From contig DATJGD010000063.1 in assembly GCA_035495255.1 (NCBI GenBank), forward strand, positions 1-64,000: a stretch of DNA of 64,000 nt, given 5' to 3'. The stretch's first letter is position 1; every line of letters starts with the position of its first letter. Below, piece after piece: positions 47,320 through 56,886 of the stretch. Source of the stretch: Bacteroidota bacterium (GTDB lineage: Bacteria > Bacteroidota > Ignavibacteria > UBA10030 > SZUA-254). The notes beneath the pieces were generated by a model that did not search any database, was not told where the DNA came from, and saw only the letters and a program-made list of their open reading frames with translations. The position numbers and the translations under genes are program-made.

Positions 47320-48279
47320 ATGATCCCCGCCGAGTTCGCCACCACCAGCAAGGATTCCCTCCAGAGCAGTTCGGGTGTAAAGTTCAGAGATTTCCGTAAA
47401 TCGCTCGAGCCCAGATTCGGCACCGTGTGGCTTCATATTGGTTTGGCGTATCTGGTACTGGTGCTCGTTGCGGCGGCGCTTGTGAATCTCACCGGCATCT
47501 CCATTTCCATTTCGATTCTCAGCGTCATCATCGGCGCCGGCCTCTTCGGATACACCATAGCGTTCATTCAGCTGTTTTTTCATGAGGCTGCCCACTTCAA
47601 TCTGGCGGCTGAGAAGAAGACAAGCGACGTGCTTGCCAACATCTTTGTCGGGGCGCTTGTCGGGCAGGATATCAGAAATTACCGCCCGATCCACTGGGGA
47701 CATCATAAGTGGCTCGGTTCAACGATGGACACAGAGCAAACGTACTTCGATCCGCTCAATACAAAATTTCTCATCGAGTCCCTTCTGGGGATCAAGGTGT
47801 TGAGTGTCCTTGCCAAGCGGGAAAAAAACCTCCAGGCGGAGAATGGCGAACGGAAATCGATGATCGGCTCGCAGCTCATCCTCGGGGCTTTGATCAACGG
47901 CGCGATCGTTCTCGGAAGCCTGTACGCACATCTCTGGGAGCTTGCCGCGGCCTGGACGATCGGAATGCTCATAGTCTTTCCGTTCTTTGCCTCCGTGCGG
48001 CAGGTCCTTGAGCACCGGGACGAACACGCCAGGCCGGATGTCGATTACCATACGGTCGCTCACGGGATTATCAACCGGATGTTCGGCGACGGCGTTGTTG
48101 CGGATACGCTGGGCGGTGCAGGGTTCAACCGTCATCTGCTTCACCACTGGGATCCGCAAGTCTCGTACACGCGGTTGAAGGATCTCGAGGCATATCTGAT
48201 GGAAACCCCTCTCGCAGGGGCCCTCAGGAGCCGGCAAACGACGTATTTCAGAACATTCGTCAAGCTCTTTAACAACTGA
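47320..48279 (+). CDS. Membrane fatty-acid desaturase family protein (three His boxes)
   Basis: The three His boxes are HEAAH, HWGHHKW and HLLHH, within 4 or more TM helices. An AGGGGA SD lies upstream of the ATG at 47320. Confidence 0.7.
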   Translation: MIPAEFATTSKDSLQSSSGVKFRDFRKSLEPRFGTVWLHIGLAYLVLVLVAAALVNLTGISISISILSVIIGAGLFGYTIAFIQLFFHEAAHFNLAAEKKTSDVLANIFVGALVGQDIRNYRPIHWGHHKWLGSTMDTEQTYFDPLNTKFLIESLLGIKVLSVLAKREKNLQAENGERKSMIGSQLILGALINGAIVLGSLYAHLWELAAAWTIGMLIVFPFFASVRQVLEHRDEHARPDVDYHTVAHGIINRMFGDGVVADTLGGAGFNRHLLHHWDPQVSYTRLKDLEAYLMETPLAGALRSRQTTYFRTFVKLFNN

Positions 48280-49208
48280 TGCCTTCGACGACAACGCCGC
48301 GCTGCCTTGCCTGTGGTGCGTCGAACGCTGAGCTCTGGACCACCGCGACGGACGCGGAATACAAATCGACCGATGAACGCTTCAGCCTGTACCGGTGCAA
48401 CTCCTGCGGTGTGCTCTTCATCGAGCCTGTTCCCCGCGACCGGCTGTCACAAATCTACCCGTCCAATTATTATTCCTTCCTTTCACAAAAAGATTCGTTT
48501 GTTAACAATGTAAAGAGACGGCTCGATGCCGGCCTCTTCAGGAAGATTCTCGGGAACATGCCCGGCGACTCACTCAATGCCCTTGATGTCGGAGGAGGTT
48601 CCGGCTGGGAGCTGTCGATCGCGCGCGAAGCCGATCGCCGCGTCAAGCATACGCAGGTAGTGGATTTCGATCCCGCTGCCGCCGAACTTGCCAAAAAAAA
48701 CGGGCATGAGTACTTCTGCGGACGCATCGAGGAATTTCAAACAGACAGGAAGTATGATTTCGTCCTCATGCTCAATCTCATTGAGCACGTCGAGCATCCG
48801 TTTGAGATATTAAGAAAAATCGAGAGCCTCCTCACTCCTCACGGCCGCATTCTCATCAAAACGCCGAATTACGATGCGCTCGACGCGCGGATATTCCGGA
48901 ATTCAAATTGGGGGGGATTTCATTGTCCGCGCCACTGGGTGATTTTCACTAAAGAAAGCTTTTATGAGATTGCTTCCCGCGCGGACCTTTCGGTCGCAGA
49001 GTTTTCCTATACCCAGGGCGCCCCTTTCTGGGCCTCGAGCACACTGTTTTGGATGGAGCGGCGCGGTTGGGTGAAGATTTCAAAGGAACGCCCCGTTATG
49101 TATCATCCCGCATTCTCGCTGCTGGGAGTATTCTTTGCCGCATTCGATTTTGTCCGGAAGCCATTCGCCAAGACATCCCAGATGTTTGTTGTCCTCGGGA
49201 AGAAATGA
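48279..49208 (+). CDS. Class I SAM-dependent methyltransferase with an N-terminal zinc ribbon
   Basis: CLACG..CNSCG is followed by methyltransferase motif I LDVGGGSGW. The start overlaps the desaturase stop as TGATG. Confidence 0.7.
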   Translation: MPSTTTPRCLACGASNAELWTTATDAEYKSTDERFSLYRCNSCGVLFIEPVPRDRLSQIYPSNYYSFLSQKDSFVNNVKRRLDAGLFRKILGNMPGDSLNALDVGGGSGWELSIAREADRRVKHTQVVDFDPAAAELAKKNGHEYFCGRIEEFQTDRKYDFVLMLNLIEHVEHPFEILRKIESLLTPHGRILIKTPNYDALDARIFRNSNWGGFHCPRHWVIFTKESFYEIASRADLSVAEFSYTQGAPFWASSTLFWMERRGWVKISKERPVMYHPAFSLLGVFFAAFDFVRKPFAKTSQMFVVLGKK

Positions 49209-49271
49209 CCCAACATTCTCTTTGATTCTGCCCAATTATTTTTGTATTTTGGATACAAAAAAAGACCGGAA

Positions 49272-50447
49272 ATGGCAGATCAAGACCAAGAATTTCAACA
49301 GAATCCTCCCGAATCAGCACCATCGGAGCCGCAGTTTCCCGCTCCTCCGCCTCCGGTTCAAGAACCTTCAGCGAGGACGGAACAACCGCCTCAGCAGCAG
49401 CAAGAACAACGGCAGGATCGGCGAAGGGACAGGAATCCCCGTAACCAGCGGCGTCACGACCAGCCGCAGGGACAGCGCCGCGAGCCGCGCCACGACCAGC
49501 AGCAGCACCGCCAGGGGGGACTGGAAATCTCCATTGTTATTCCGTTGTACAACGAAGAGCAATCGCTGCGTGAGCTTCACGAGAAGATTCGCAATGCGCT
49601 GCACCGGTTCAACCGGTATGAAATTATTTTTGTCGACGACGGCAGCACCGACGGGTCGTTCCGCGTCCTCCAGGAGCTTCGTCAGCGCGACCGTCGCGTA
49701 AAGATCATCCGCTTCCGCCGCAACTTCGGGAAGTCTGCAGCCCTCTCTGTGGGTTTTGCGCAGGCCGAAGGCTCGTTCGTGATCACCATGGATGCCGATC
49801 TCCAGGACGATCCCAACGAGATACCCTCACTTGTTAATGAGCTGAAGAAAGGTACCGACCTGGTCTCCGGCTGGAAGAAGAAGCGCCGCGATCCGATCTC
49901 CAAGACGATTCCATCGAAGTTTTTCAACTTCGTCACTTCGGTGATGACCGGGATCCGGCTTCATGATTTTAACTGCGGCCTGAAAGGCTATAAGAAGGAC
50001 GTCGTCAAGGAAGTGCGGATTTACGGGGAGCTCCACCGCTACATTCCCGTGCTTGCGCATTGGTTGGGATTTAAGGTCGGTGAAATTCCTGTTCAGCACC
50101 ATGCCCGGAAATACGGCAAGACAAAATTTGGGTTCGGGAGATTCTGGAAAGGATTTTTGGATCTTCTTACAGTGCTTTTTACGACGCGGTACCTACAGCG
50201 TCCGCTCCATCTCTTCGGGTTCTGGGGAATCGTTTTCTTGCTGGCCGGCACTGCGATCGACGGCTATCTTGTCTTCCTGAAATTTGTCGAAGGCTTCTCC
50301 TTGAGCAACCGTCCGCTCTTTACCGCCGGCATACTTCTTATTATCGTCGGGGTGCAGTTTATATCGATCGGACTGATCGGTGAAATGATTTCGAAAACGC
50401 GCTCCACTTCGGAAAAGGAATATTCGATCCGCGAGGTTTGGAAATAA
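49272..50447 (+). CDS. GT2 polyprenol-phosphate glycosyltransferase (DPM1/GtrB/ArnC-like) with a ~100 aa Q/R/P-rich low-complexity N-terminal extension. An alternative TTG start lies at 49242.
   Basis: The GT2 core reads ISIVIPLYNEE..VDDGSTDGS..DADLQD. There are two C-terminal TM helices. The N-terminal extension reads EQPPQQQQEQRQDRRRDRNPRNQRRHDQPQGQRREPRHDQQQHRQ. Confidence 0.7.
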   Translation: MADQDQEFQQNPPESAPSEPQFPAPPPPVQEPSARTEQPPQQQQEQRQDRRRDRNPRNQRRHDQPQGQRREPRHDQQQHRQGGLEISIVIPLYNEEQSLRELHEKIRNALHRFNRYEIIFVDDGSTDGSFRVLQELRQRDRRVKIIRFRRNFGKSAALSVGFAQAEGSFVITMDADLQDDPNEIPSLVNELKKGTDLVSGWKKKRRDPISKTIPSKFFNFVTSVMTGIRLHDFNCGLKGYKKDVVKEVRIYGELHRYIPVLAHWLGFKVGEIPVQHHARKYGKTKFGFGRFWKGFLDLLTVLFTTRYLQRPLHLFGFWGIVFLLAGTAIDGYLVFLKFVEGFSLSNRPLFTAGILLIIVGVQFISIGLIGEMISKTRSTSEKEYSIREVWK

Positions 50448-50514
50448 ACTTCCTGCCCTTCGCATTGGGACATTTCGAACAGACCCTTCAGTTTCGGATG
50501 TTACGCTCCCTCGC

Positions 50515-51609
50515 ATGACCATCACCGTCAACGACCTCAAATACGATTGCCGGCATTTCCGCGGCGACATCCCCTGCAAGCCGAACAAGCAGCACGGCGT
50601 CCACTGTAAGGACGACCAGGGGAACGACTGTGCGTATTACGATCGCACCGATAAACGGATTCTCATCATTAAGCTCGGCGCCCTGGGAGATGTCGTCAGG
50701 ACGACCCCGCTTCTGCGAAAGCTCAAACAAACCGATCATGCCGCCGAAATCTGGTGGCTCACGCTCGAACCTTCGGTCGTCCCGAAAAGCGTCGACCGGA
50801 TTCTTTCCTATACGGCACAAAGCCTCGCTACGCTGCACGCGACTCCGTTCGACACCATTTACTGCCTGGATAAAGATAAAGAAGCGTGCGCATTATGCGC
50901 GCAGCTTACCGCGCGTGTGAAGCGCGGGTTCACCCTGCGCGACGGGAAATGCGTTCCCTGCGATACGGCCGCGGAACACAAATATCTTACCGGCGTCTTT
51001 GACGATCTCAGCAAGGTAAACACAAAAAGCTACCAGCAGGAGATTTTTGAAATATGCGGGTTTGAATTTTCCGGCGAGCAGTATATCATGCCCGAGCTTC
51101 AGGAGTACGTCTGGAAATTCCCGAAGAAGAAGACGATCGTCGGCCTGAATACAGGATGCGGCGGACGCTGGACGTCAAGATTGTGGCCGCAGGCATACTG
51201 GGTATCGCTGGCCCGCCGCCTGAAAAAGGCGGGGCTCACGCCGCTTCTCCTCGGTGGAGAACAGGAGCACGCGAAGAATCTTCAGATTGCAAAAGCCTCC
51301 GGCGCTCTTTATCCCGGGCATTTTTCGCTGAATCAGTTCATGAGCGAAGTCGGTCAGTGCGATCTTGTCGTCACCGCGGTAACGATGGCGATGCATATTG
51401 CGATCGGGTACGGCAAGAACATCGTCCTGTTCAATAATATCTTTAATAAACACGAGTTCGAGCTGTACGGGAAGGGCGAAATCCTCGAACCCGATTTCGA
51501 GTGCGACTGCTTTTACTCGCCCACGTGCCCGAACAATTGCATGCAGTATCTTTCGGTCGATACCGTGTTTGAATCCTGCACGCGTCTTCTGAAGCTCCGC
51601 GCCAGATGA
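50515..51609 (+). CDS. Glycosyltransferase family 9 (ADP-heptose:LPS heptosyltransferase-like) with a Cys-rich N-terminus
   Basis: KLGALGDVVRTTPLLRKLK is the classic GT9 N-terminal motif. The length of 364 aa matches the family. Confidence 0.75.
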   Translation: MTITVNDLKYDCRHFRGDIPCKPNKQHGVHCKDDQGNDCAYYDRTDKRILIIKLGALGDVVRTTPLLRKLKQTDHAAEIWWLTLEPSVVPKSVDRILSYTAQSLATLHATPFDTIYCLDKDKEACALCAQLTARVKRGFTLRDGKCVPCDTAAEHKYLTGVFDDLSKVNTKSYQQEIFEICGFEFSGEQYIMPELQEYVWKFPKKKTIVGLNTGCGGRWTSRLWPQAYWVSLARRLKKAGLTPLLLGGEQEHAKNLQIAKASGALYPGHFSLNQFMSEVGQCDLVVTAVTMAMHIAIGYGKNIVLFNNIFNKHEFELYGKGEILEPDFECDCFYSPTCPNNCMQYLSVDTVFESCTRLLKLRAR

Positions 51610-53912
51610 CGAAAGGCAAACCTCTGACCGCGCCGCCGAAGGCGTCCAGAACGTTAGCGGGAATCAAAGACTGGCATGTCGTGAGCGCCATTGTTCTTCT
51701 CACCGTTATTTTCTTCCGGAACATAATTTTCAAAAGCGCGTTCTTCTGGGAAGATTTCATGTACTTTTACTATCCCGCCCGCAACTTCGCGGCTGTCTCG
51801 ATGGCGGGGGGTGAGTTGCCGCTCTGGAATCCGTTCACGCTAAACGGGATGCCGTTCCAGGCTGACATTCAAACAGCCCTGTTCTATATCCCCAACATGC
51901 TCCTCACGCTCTTCGTGAGCGGGGGAAAACTCTCGTTCTACTGGCTCGAGCTGGAGATCGTCGGCCATTATGTGATCGCCGGAGTGGGTATGTACTACCT
52001 GGCAAAATCGTACGGCCTCGAACGAATCTACGCCTTCTTTGCCGCACTCGTCTTCATGTTCTCCGGCTATGCGATCACGAGGGCGATCCATCAGCCGATG
52101 ATTTGCGAAACTGCATGGCTTCCCCTGATCATTCTGTTGTTCAGAAAGATGATGAAGGAGAAGTCGGCCGTCGCAATGATTCTCTGCGCCGTCGTCCTCG
52201 GCCACGCAATCCTCGCGGGGTTTCCGCAGCTGACGCTCTATATCTATTTCCTGCTGTTCCTCACCTTTGCAGTCGAGTGCATCGCTCGCTTGCGTTCGGG
52301 GGGAGTGAAGACAGCGTTTCCTGTCGCGGCGCTCGCCGGGGGTGTTGTCGTCATTTCTCTGGCTCTGGCGGCGATTCAACTCCTGCCGACAATTGAGCTT
52401 GCTCCGTATACGCAGCGGGCCGAGATGACCTACGAAAAATCTCTCGATGGCTCGCTGAGCTGGCCCGGCCTGATCACGCTCATCGTGCCGAAATTCTTCG
52501 GCGCGTACGGTGCGCAGGGTTCGGATTACTGGATGCAGGGATCGTATGGCCAGTATTGGGAAACGGTCGTGTATATCGGGATTCCCGCGCTCGTTTGTGT
52601 GGTGTTCGCATCGCTGCTTATGCGCAAAAATGCGGACGTAATGTTTCTCTTCTGTGTCGTTGTCTTTTCCCTCTTGTACGCGCTGGGGGACAGCTTCTTC
52701 CTGCACAAATTATTTTTTACCCATGTGCCGGCATTTAACAAGTTTAGGGAGCCGGGACGCCTGTCATTTCTCTGGACCTTCGCCGCCGCTATTCTTGCCG
52801 GCTTTGGCCTTCGGCAATGCGTGGAAGAATCACGGATTGCAAAGAAGTCATTGCAGAAGATTCTTTTTGGTGTAGCGCTTGCCGGCGTAGCGCTGTACCT
52901 GGCGGTACAGCAGGGCTGGCTTCAAGAGGTTCGCGGAGCCGACAGCGCCCAGGTTCATCAGATCGCGAGCTCGGCGACCACGACAGCGATGATCTTTATT
53001 CTTGGTGTGTGTGCCATACTTTTCCTCCGGTCGAGAAACGCCTTGTCAGGTACGGCCGCAATCGCACTTCTCTTCGGAGTGCAATTCATCGATATGCATG
53101 TCTTCGGGTTCGACCAGAACAACGGGACAACCAATCCCGATGATTATTTCGACAGGACTGCGAGTATTGTCACGATGGTTAAGGAGCAGGGAAGAGACGA
53201 ATATTTCCGCGTGAATTCCAGGGCGGGAAACGCCATGCTCCTCGATCGCAACCAGGGCATGATCGACCGGATTTTCACCATGGAAGGCTATTCGTCGCTC
53301 GTCCTTCAGCGTGTCTACCCGCCGGCAAAGGACCGGGATCACGTGAACAATCTTATGAACGCGAAATATTACGTCGATGTTGATGCGCAGCGGCGGACGA
53401 TGAGCCTCGGACGCTCGACAACATATGTCCCCCGCGCCTACATGGTCTATCATACCGATGTTATCAGGGACGATGCGGAACAGAAGGCGTTTATGTCGGG
53501 CGACGTGTTCAATCCCCGCAGCACAGTCGTGCTGGACGACCAGCCGGAAGTCCCGCTGACGGCCCCGGATACCACGACGCCCCCTCCGGTGAGGATCAGC
53601 TCGTACGGATTAAATACGATCGAACTCGATGTGACGACTCCGAAAAAAGGATATCTTTCCCTGAGCGAAATCTATTATCCCGCGTGGAAAGCGTATGTTG
53701 ACAATGTCGAGCATCCGGTCTATCGCGCCAACTGGAATCTTCGCGCCGTCTTCGTCGATGCCGGAACGCATCACGTCAGCCTCCGCTATGAATCAGGGAG
53801 TTTTCACCGCGGCATCTGGATCACACTCGGTGCATTCCTGCTCTGCATCATCGGCCTCGTCGTGCTCGGCCGAAAAAAGCAGCCGAAAGAACCAGCGAAA
53901 GGAGTTGCCTGA
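51606..53912 (+). CDS. YfhO-family polytopic membrane protein (GT-C-like glycosyltransferase using polyprenol-P-sugar donors)
   Basis: 768 aa. It has about 13 TM helices, a large C-terminal extracytoplasmic domain and a final TM helix. It sits immediately upstream of a GtrB-like GT2, as in the CsbB/YfhO arrangement. Confidence 0.6.
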   Translation: MTKGKPLTAPPKASRTLAGIKDWHVVSAIVLLTVIFFRNIIFKSAFFWEDFMYFYYPARNFAAVSMAGGELPLWNPFTLNGMPFQADIQTALFYIPNMLLTLFVSGGKLSFYWLELEIVGHYVIAGVGMYYLAKSYGLERIYAFFAALVFMFSGYAITRAIHQPMICETAWLPLIILLFRKMMKEKSAVAMILCAVVLGHAILAGFPQLTLYIYFLLFLTFAVECIARLRSGGVKTAFPVAALAGGVVVISLALAAIQLLPTIELAPYTQRAEMTYEKSLDGSLSWPGLITLIVPKFFGAYGAQGSDYWMQGSYGQYWETVVYIGIPALVCVVFASLLMRKNADVMFLFCVVVFSLLYALGDSFFLHKLFFTHVPAFNKFREPGRLSFLWTFAAAILAGFGLRQCVEESRIAKKSLQKILFGVALAGVALYLAVQQGWLQEVRGADSAQVHQIASSATTTAMIFILGVCAILFLRSRNALSGTAAIALLFGVQFIDMHVFGFDQNNGTTNPDDYFDRTASIVTMVKEQGRDEYFRVNSRAGNAMLLDRNQGMIDRIFTMEGYSSLVLQRVYPPAKDRDHVNNLMNAKYYVDVDAQRRTMSLGRSTTYVPRAYMVYHTDVIRDDAEQKAFMSGDVFNPRSTVVLDDQPEVPLTAPDTTTPPPVRISSYGLNTIELDVTTPKKGYLSLSEIYYPAWKAYVDNVEHPVYRANWNLRAVFVDAGTHHVSLRYESGSFHRGIWITLGAFLLCIIGLVVLGRKKQPKEPAKGVA

Positions 53913-53914
53913 AC

Positions 53915-54832
53915 ATGTATTCGATCGTCATACCGATCTATAACGAGCAGGAAACGATTCCCGAACTCTATCGCCGCCTGAAACCTGTCCTCGACGGGTT
54001 CGACGCTCCTTCCGAAGTCATCATCGTCGACGACGGAAGCCAGGACGAAACGTTCTCGATGCTCAGCGATCTCAACAAACAAGACCCGAGAATCAAGGCG
54101 CTCCGGTTTTCCAGAAATTTCGGCCACCAGACGGCGATCAGCGCCGGCATCGATGCGGCAACCGGCGATGCCGTGATCCTTATGGACGGCGACCTTCAGG
54201 ATCCCCCTGAAGTGCTGCCGCAGTTCATCGCGAAGTGGAAAGAAAAGTTCGACGTCGTCTACGCGATTCGGAAAAAGCGTAAAGAAAATATCTTTAAGCG
54301 AACGGCGTACGCGCTATTTTACCGTTTGTTGAAAAGGCTCTCCTATCTCGACATTCCGCTCGATTCCGGCGACTTCTGCCTCATGGACCGTAGAGTGGCG
54401 GAGACCATAAAGTCGATGCGCGAGCGCGCGCGATTTGTGCGCGGCCTGCGGACGTGGGCAGGGTTCCGCCAATCAGGCCTTGAGTACGAGCGCGATTACC
54501 GTTTTGCCGGCGATCCAAAGTATACCTTTTCCAAACTTCTTCGCCTGGCATACGACGGGCTGTTCTCGTTCTCCACCGTTCCGCTGCGGCTCGCCGTGTA
54601 CACCGGATTTTCCTTTTCGGGAATCGCGTTCCTCGGAGGCCTGCTGATCATTTACCGCCGGCTGGCGCACGGCATCGATGTCGTCGGATGGGCATCGACG
54701 ATCGTCATCATTATTTTCCTCGGCGGCGTCATTCTCGGAACGCTCGGGATCATCGGGGAATATATCAGCCGCATTTATGAGGAAGTCAAGAACCGTCCGC
54801 TCTACGTTGTCCAGGACAAAATAGGATTCTGA
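53915..54832 (+). CDS. GT2 polyprenol-phosphate sugar synthase (GtrB/CsbB/ArnC-like)
   Basis: YSIVIPIYNE, VDDGSQD and DGDLQD motifs are present. There are two C-terminal TM helices. Confidence 0.8.
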   Translation: MYSIVIPIYNEQETIPELYRRLKPVLDGFDAPSEVIIVDDGSQDETFSMLSDLNKQDPRIKALRFSRNFGHQTAISAGIDAATGDAVILMDGDLQDPPEVLPQFIAKWKEKFDVVYAIRKKRKENIFKRTAYALFYRLLKRLSYLDIPLDSGDFCLMDRRVAETIKSMRERARFVRGLRTWAGFRQSGLEYERDYRFAGDPKYTFSKLLRLAYDGLFSFSTVPLRLAVYTGFSFSGIAFLGGLLIIYRRLAHGIDVVGWASTIVIIIFLGGVILGTLGIIGEYISRIYEEVKNRPLYVVQDKIGF

Positions 54833-54836
54833 GCCG

Positions 54837-55565
54837 ATGGAAGATTTTCTTTATCCCCACTTCTACAAAGTAGAGAACGAGCACTGGTGGTTTGCCGCCC
54901 GTCAGCGGATCATCTGGGAGTTTATGGAGAAAAAACTGCGACTTCCGGCAGGGACGAAGCTCCTGGATGTCGGCTGCGGCACGGGTGCAATCCTCGATAT
55001 GTTCTCAAAAAAGTACAATGCCTACGGTCAGGATATCGCCCCGCAGGCGATTGAATTCTGCGCGCAGCGCGGACTGACGAATTTATTCTGCGGCACGCTT
55101 GACGCGTTTCCAAAGGAGTACGGCACATTCGATATCATCACAACGCTCGACGTCATCGAACACATCGACAACGACGCCGGCGCGCTCGCCTCGATGCATG
55201 CGCTGCTCAACGCGCGCGGTTACCTTCTCATCGCTGTCCCCGCGTTTCCTGCCCTGTGGGGAACCCACGATGTCGTCACGCACCACAAACGCCGGTACGT
55301 CAAGAAAACGCTGCGCGCGGTGGTCGAGCAGTCAGGCTTTCAGATAGAATACATGACGTATTTTAACTTCTTTCTGTTTCCCGTGGCCTACGTGCGGAGA
55401 ACGGTTGCGAGAATCACCGGCGCCGCCGAAGCGAGCGACATGGAGATTCCGTCGAAGCCCGTCAACAGCATCCTGCGCGGAGTATTTGAGTTTGAAAAGT
55501 ATCTCGTCCCGTGGCTGAAGTTTCCGTTCGGGCTCTCGCTTCTCTGCGTCGCACGAAAAGTTTAA
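54837..55565 (+). CDS. Class I SAM-dependent methyltransferase
   Basis: Motif I LDVGCGTGA is present. The length of 242 aa is typical. Confidence 0.75.
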   Translation: MEDFLYPHFYKVENEHWWFAARQRIIWEFMEKKLRLPAGTKLLDVGCGTGAILDMFSKKYNAYGQDIAPQAIEFCAQRGLTNLFCGTLDAFPKEYGTFDIITTLDVIEHIDNDAGALASMHALLNARGYLLIAVPAFPALWGTHDVVTHHKRRYVKKTLRAVVEQSGFQIEYMTYFNFFLFPVAYVRRTVARITGAAEASDMEIPSKPVNSILRGVFEFEKYLVPWLKFPFGLSLLCVARKV

Positions 55566-55591
55566 TGAAGGCCGGGCGAAGGGATTTCTGA

Positions 55592-56707
55592 ATGAAGATT
55601 GTCATCCTCGGAACTGCGTATCCTCTTCGCGGCGGCATCGCTCATTTTAACGCTCTTCTCGCGACACATCTTGCGAAACACCATTCCGTAGAAACGATAA
55701 CGTTTAAGCGTCAGTATCCTTCGTTCTTGTTCCCCGGGAAGACACAGGATGAAGGGGGAGATCTCGCCGGTGTCCGGCCCGCGCCCCAGCTTATGGACTC
55801 GATCAATCCTTTCAACTGGATCAGCGTGGCGTGGAAGGTGAAGAGGCTGAAGCCCGATCTCCTGGTCTTCAAATACTGGCTGCCGTTCTTTGGCCCATGT
55901 TTCGGAACGATTGCCCGTCTTGTCAAGAAGGGATCCTCCGTAAAAGTATTGTATGTGTGCGATAACATTATCCCCCACGAGCGCCGCCCCGGGGATGTCG
56001 TGTTCACAAAGTATGCATTCAAGCCGGCCGACTTTTTCATCGTACAATCCGATGCGGTGGAGCGGGATCTTAACGAGCATTTCCCGGGGGCCGCGTACCG
56101 GAAAGTCCCGCATCCGGTCTACGAAAATTTTGGAGCAAAGATTGACAAGGCCGAAGCACGCCGGCAGCTGGGGATAACCGAACCGAAGGTGATCTTATAC
56201 TTCGGATATGTACGCGCATACAAAGGGCTTTTGGTACTCATTGAAGCGATGAAGCACCTTGAGGATGTCGTGCTGCTTGCCGTCGGAGAGTACTATGACG
56301 ATGAGGCGAAATACCGGCAGAAGGTAAAGGATCTCAACCTCGAATCCAGGGTGCGATTTGTTTCGGACTATGTCCCCAACGACGAAGTAGCGAAGTATTT
56401 CTGCGCTTCCGACGTGGTTGTTCTTCCGTATCTCTCGGCGACTCAGAGCGGCATCATCCAGATTGCCTATAATTTCGATAAACCTGTGATCGCGACGGAT
56501 GTCGGCGGCCTCGGTGAGGTCGTGGTCGACCAGAAAACCGGGTTTATCGTCGCTCATAATAGTGTCGATGCGCTGGTGCGCGCTGTCCGGCAGTATTACG
56601 ACGAAAACAAAGAGCCCGAGTTTTCCGAAAACGTGCGGCTCGAAAAGAAGAAATACTCCTGGGAGAACTTCGTCGCCGTCATCGACGAGCTCGTGGCAAA
56701 ATCCTAG
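55592..56707 (+). CDS. Glycosyltransferase family 4
   Basis: It has a GT-B fold. The C-terminal block reads GIIQIAYNFDKPVIATDVGGLGEVV. Confidence 0.8.
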   Translation: MKIVILGTAYPLRGGIAHFNALLATHLAKHHSVETITFKRQYPSFLFPGKTQDEGGDLAGVRPAPQLMDSINPFNWISVAWKVKRLKPDLLVFKYWLPFFGPCFGTIARLVKKGSSVKVLYVCDNIIPHERRPGDVVFTKYAFKPADFFIVQSDAVERDLNEHFPGAAYRKVPHPVYENFGAKIDKAEARRQLGITEPKVILYFGYVRAYKGLLVLIEAMKHLEDVVLLAVGEYYDDEAKYRQKVKDLNLESRVRFVSDYVPNDEVAKYFCASDVVVLPYLSATQSGIIQIAYNFDKPVIATDVGGLGEVVVDQKTGFIVAHNSVDALVRAVRQYYDENKEPEFSENVRLEKKKYSWENFVAVIDELVAKS

Positions 56708-56886
56708 CCTTTTGACCGCATCTCCCCCTGGAATGGGGGTGAATTTCCTGCTAAATCTTCCGAATCGGAGTATTGACTCTCTCTTCGGGGAAGTCTATAT
56801 TCTTCCTGATTCTCTCTACCTCAATTCTCTCGCCGGGCGGCGGGAGAATATTCTTTCTCACAGGACGTTTCAGATGGGTACACATC

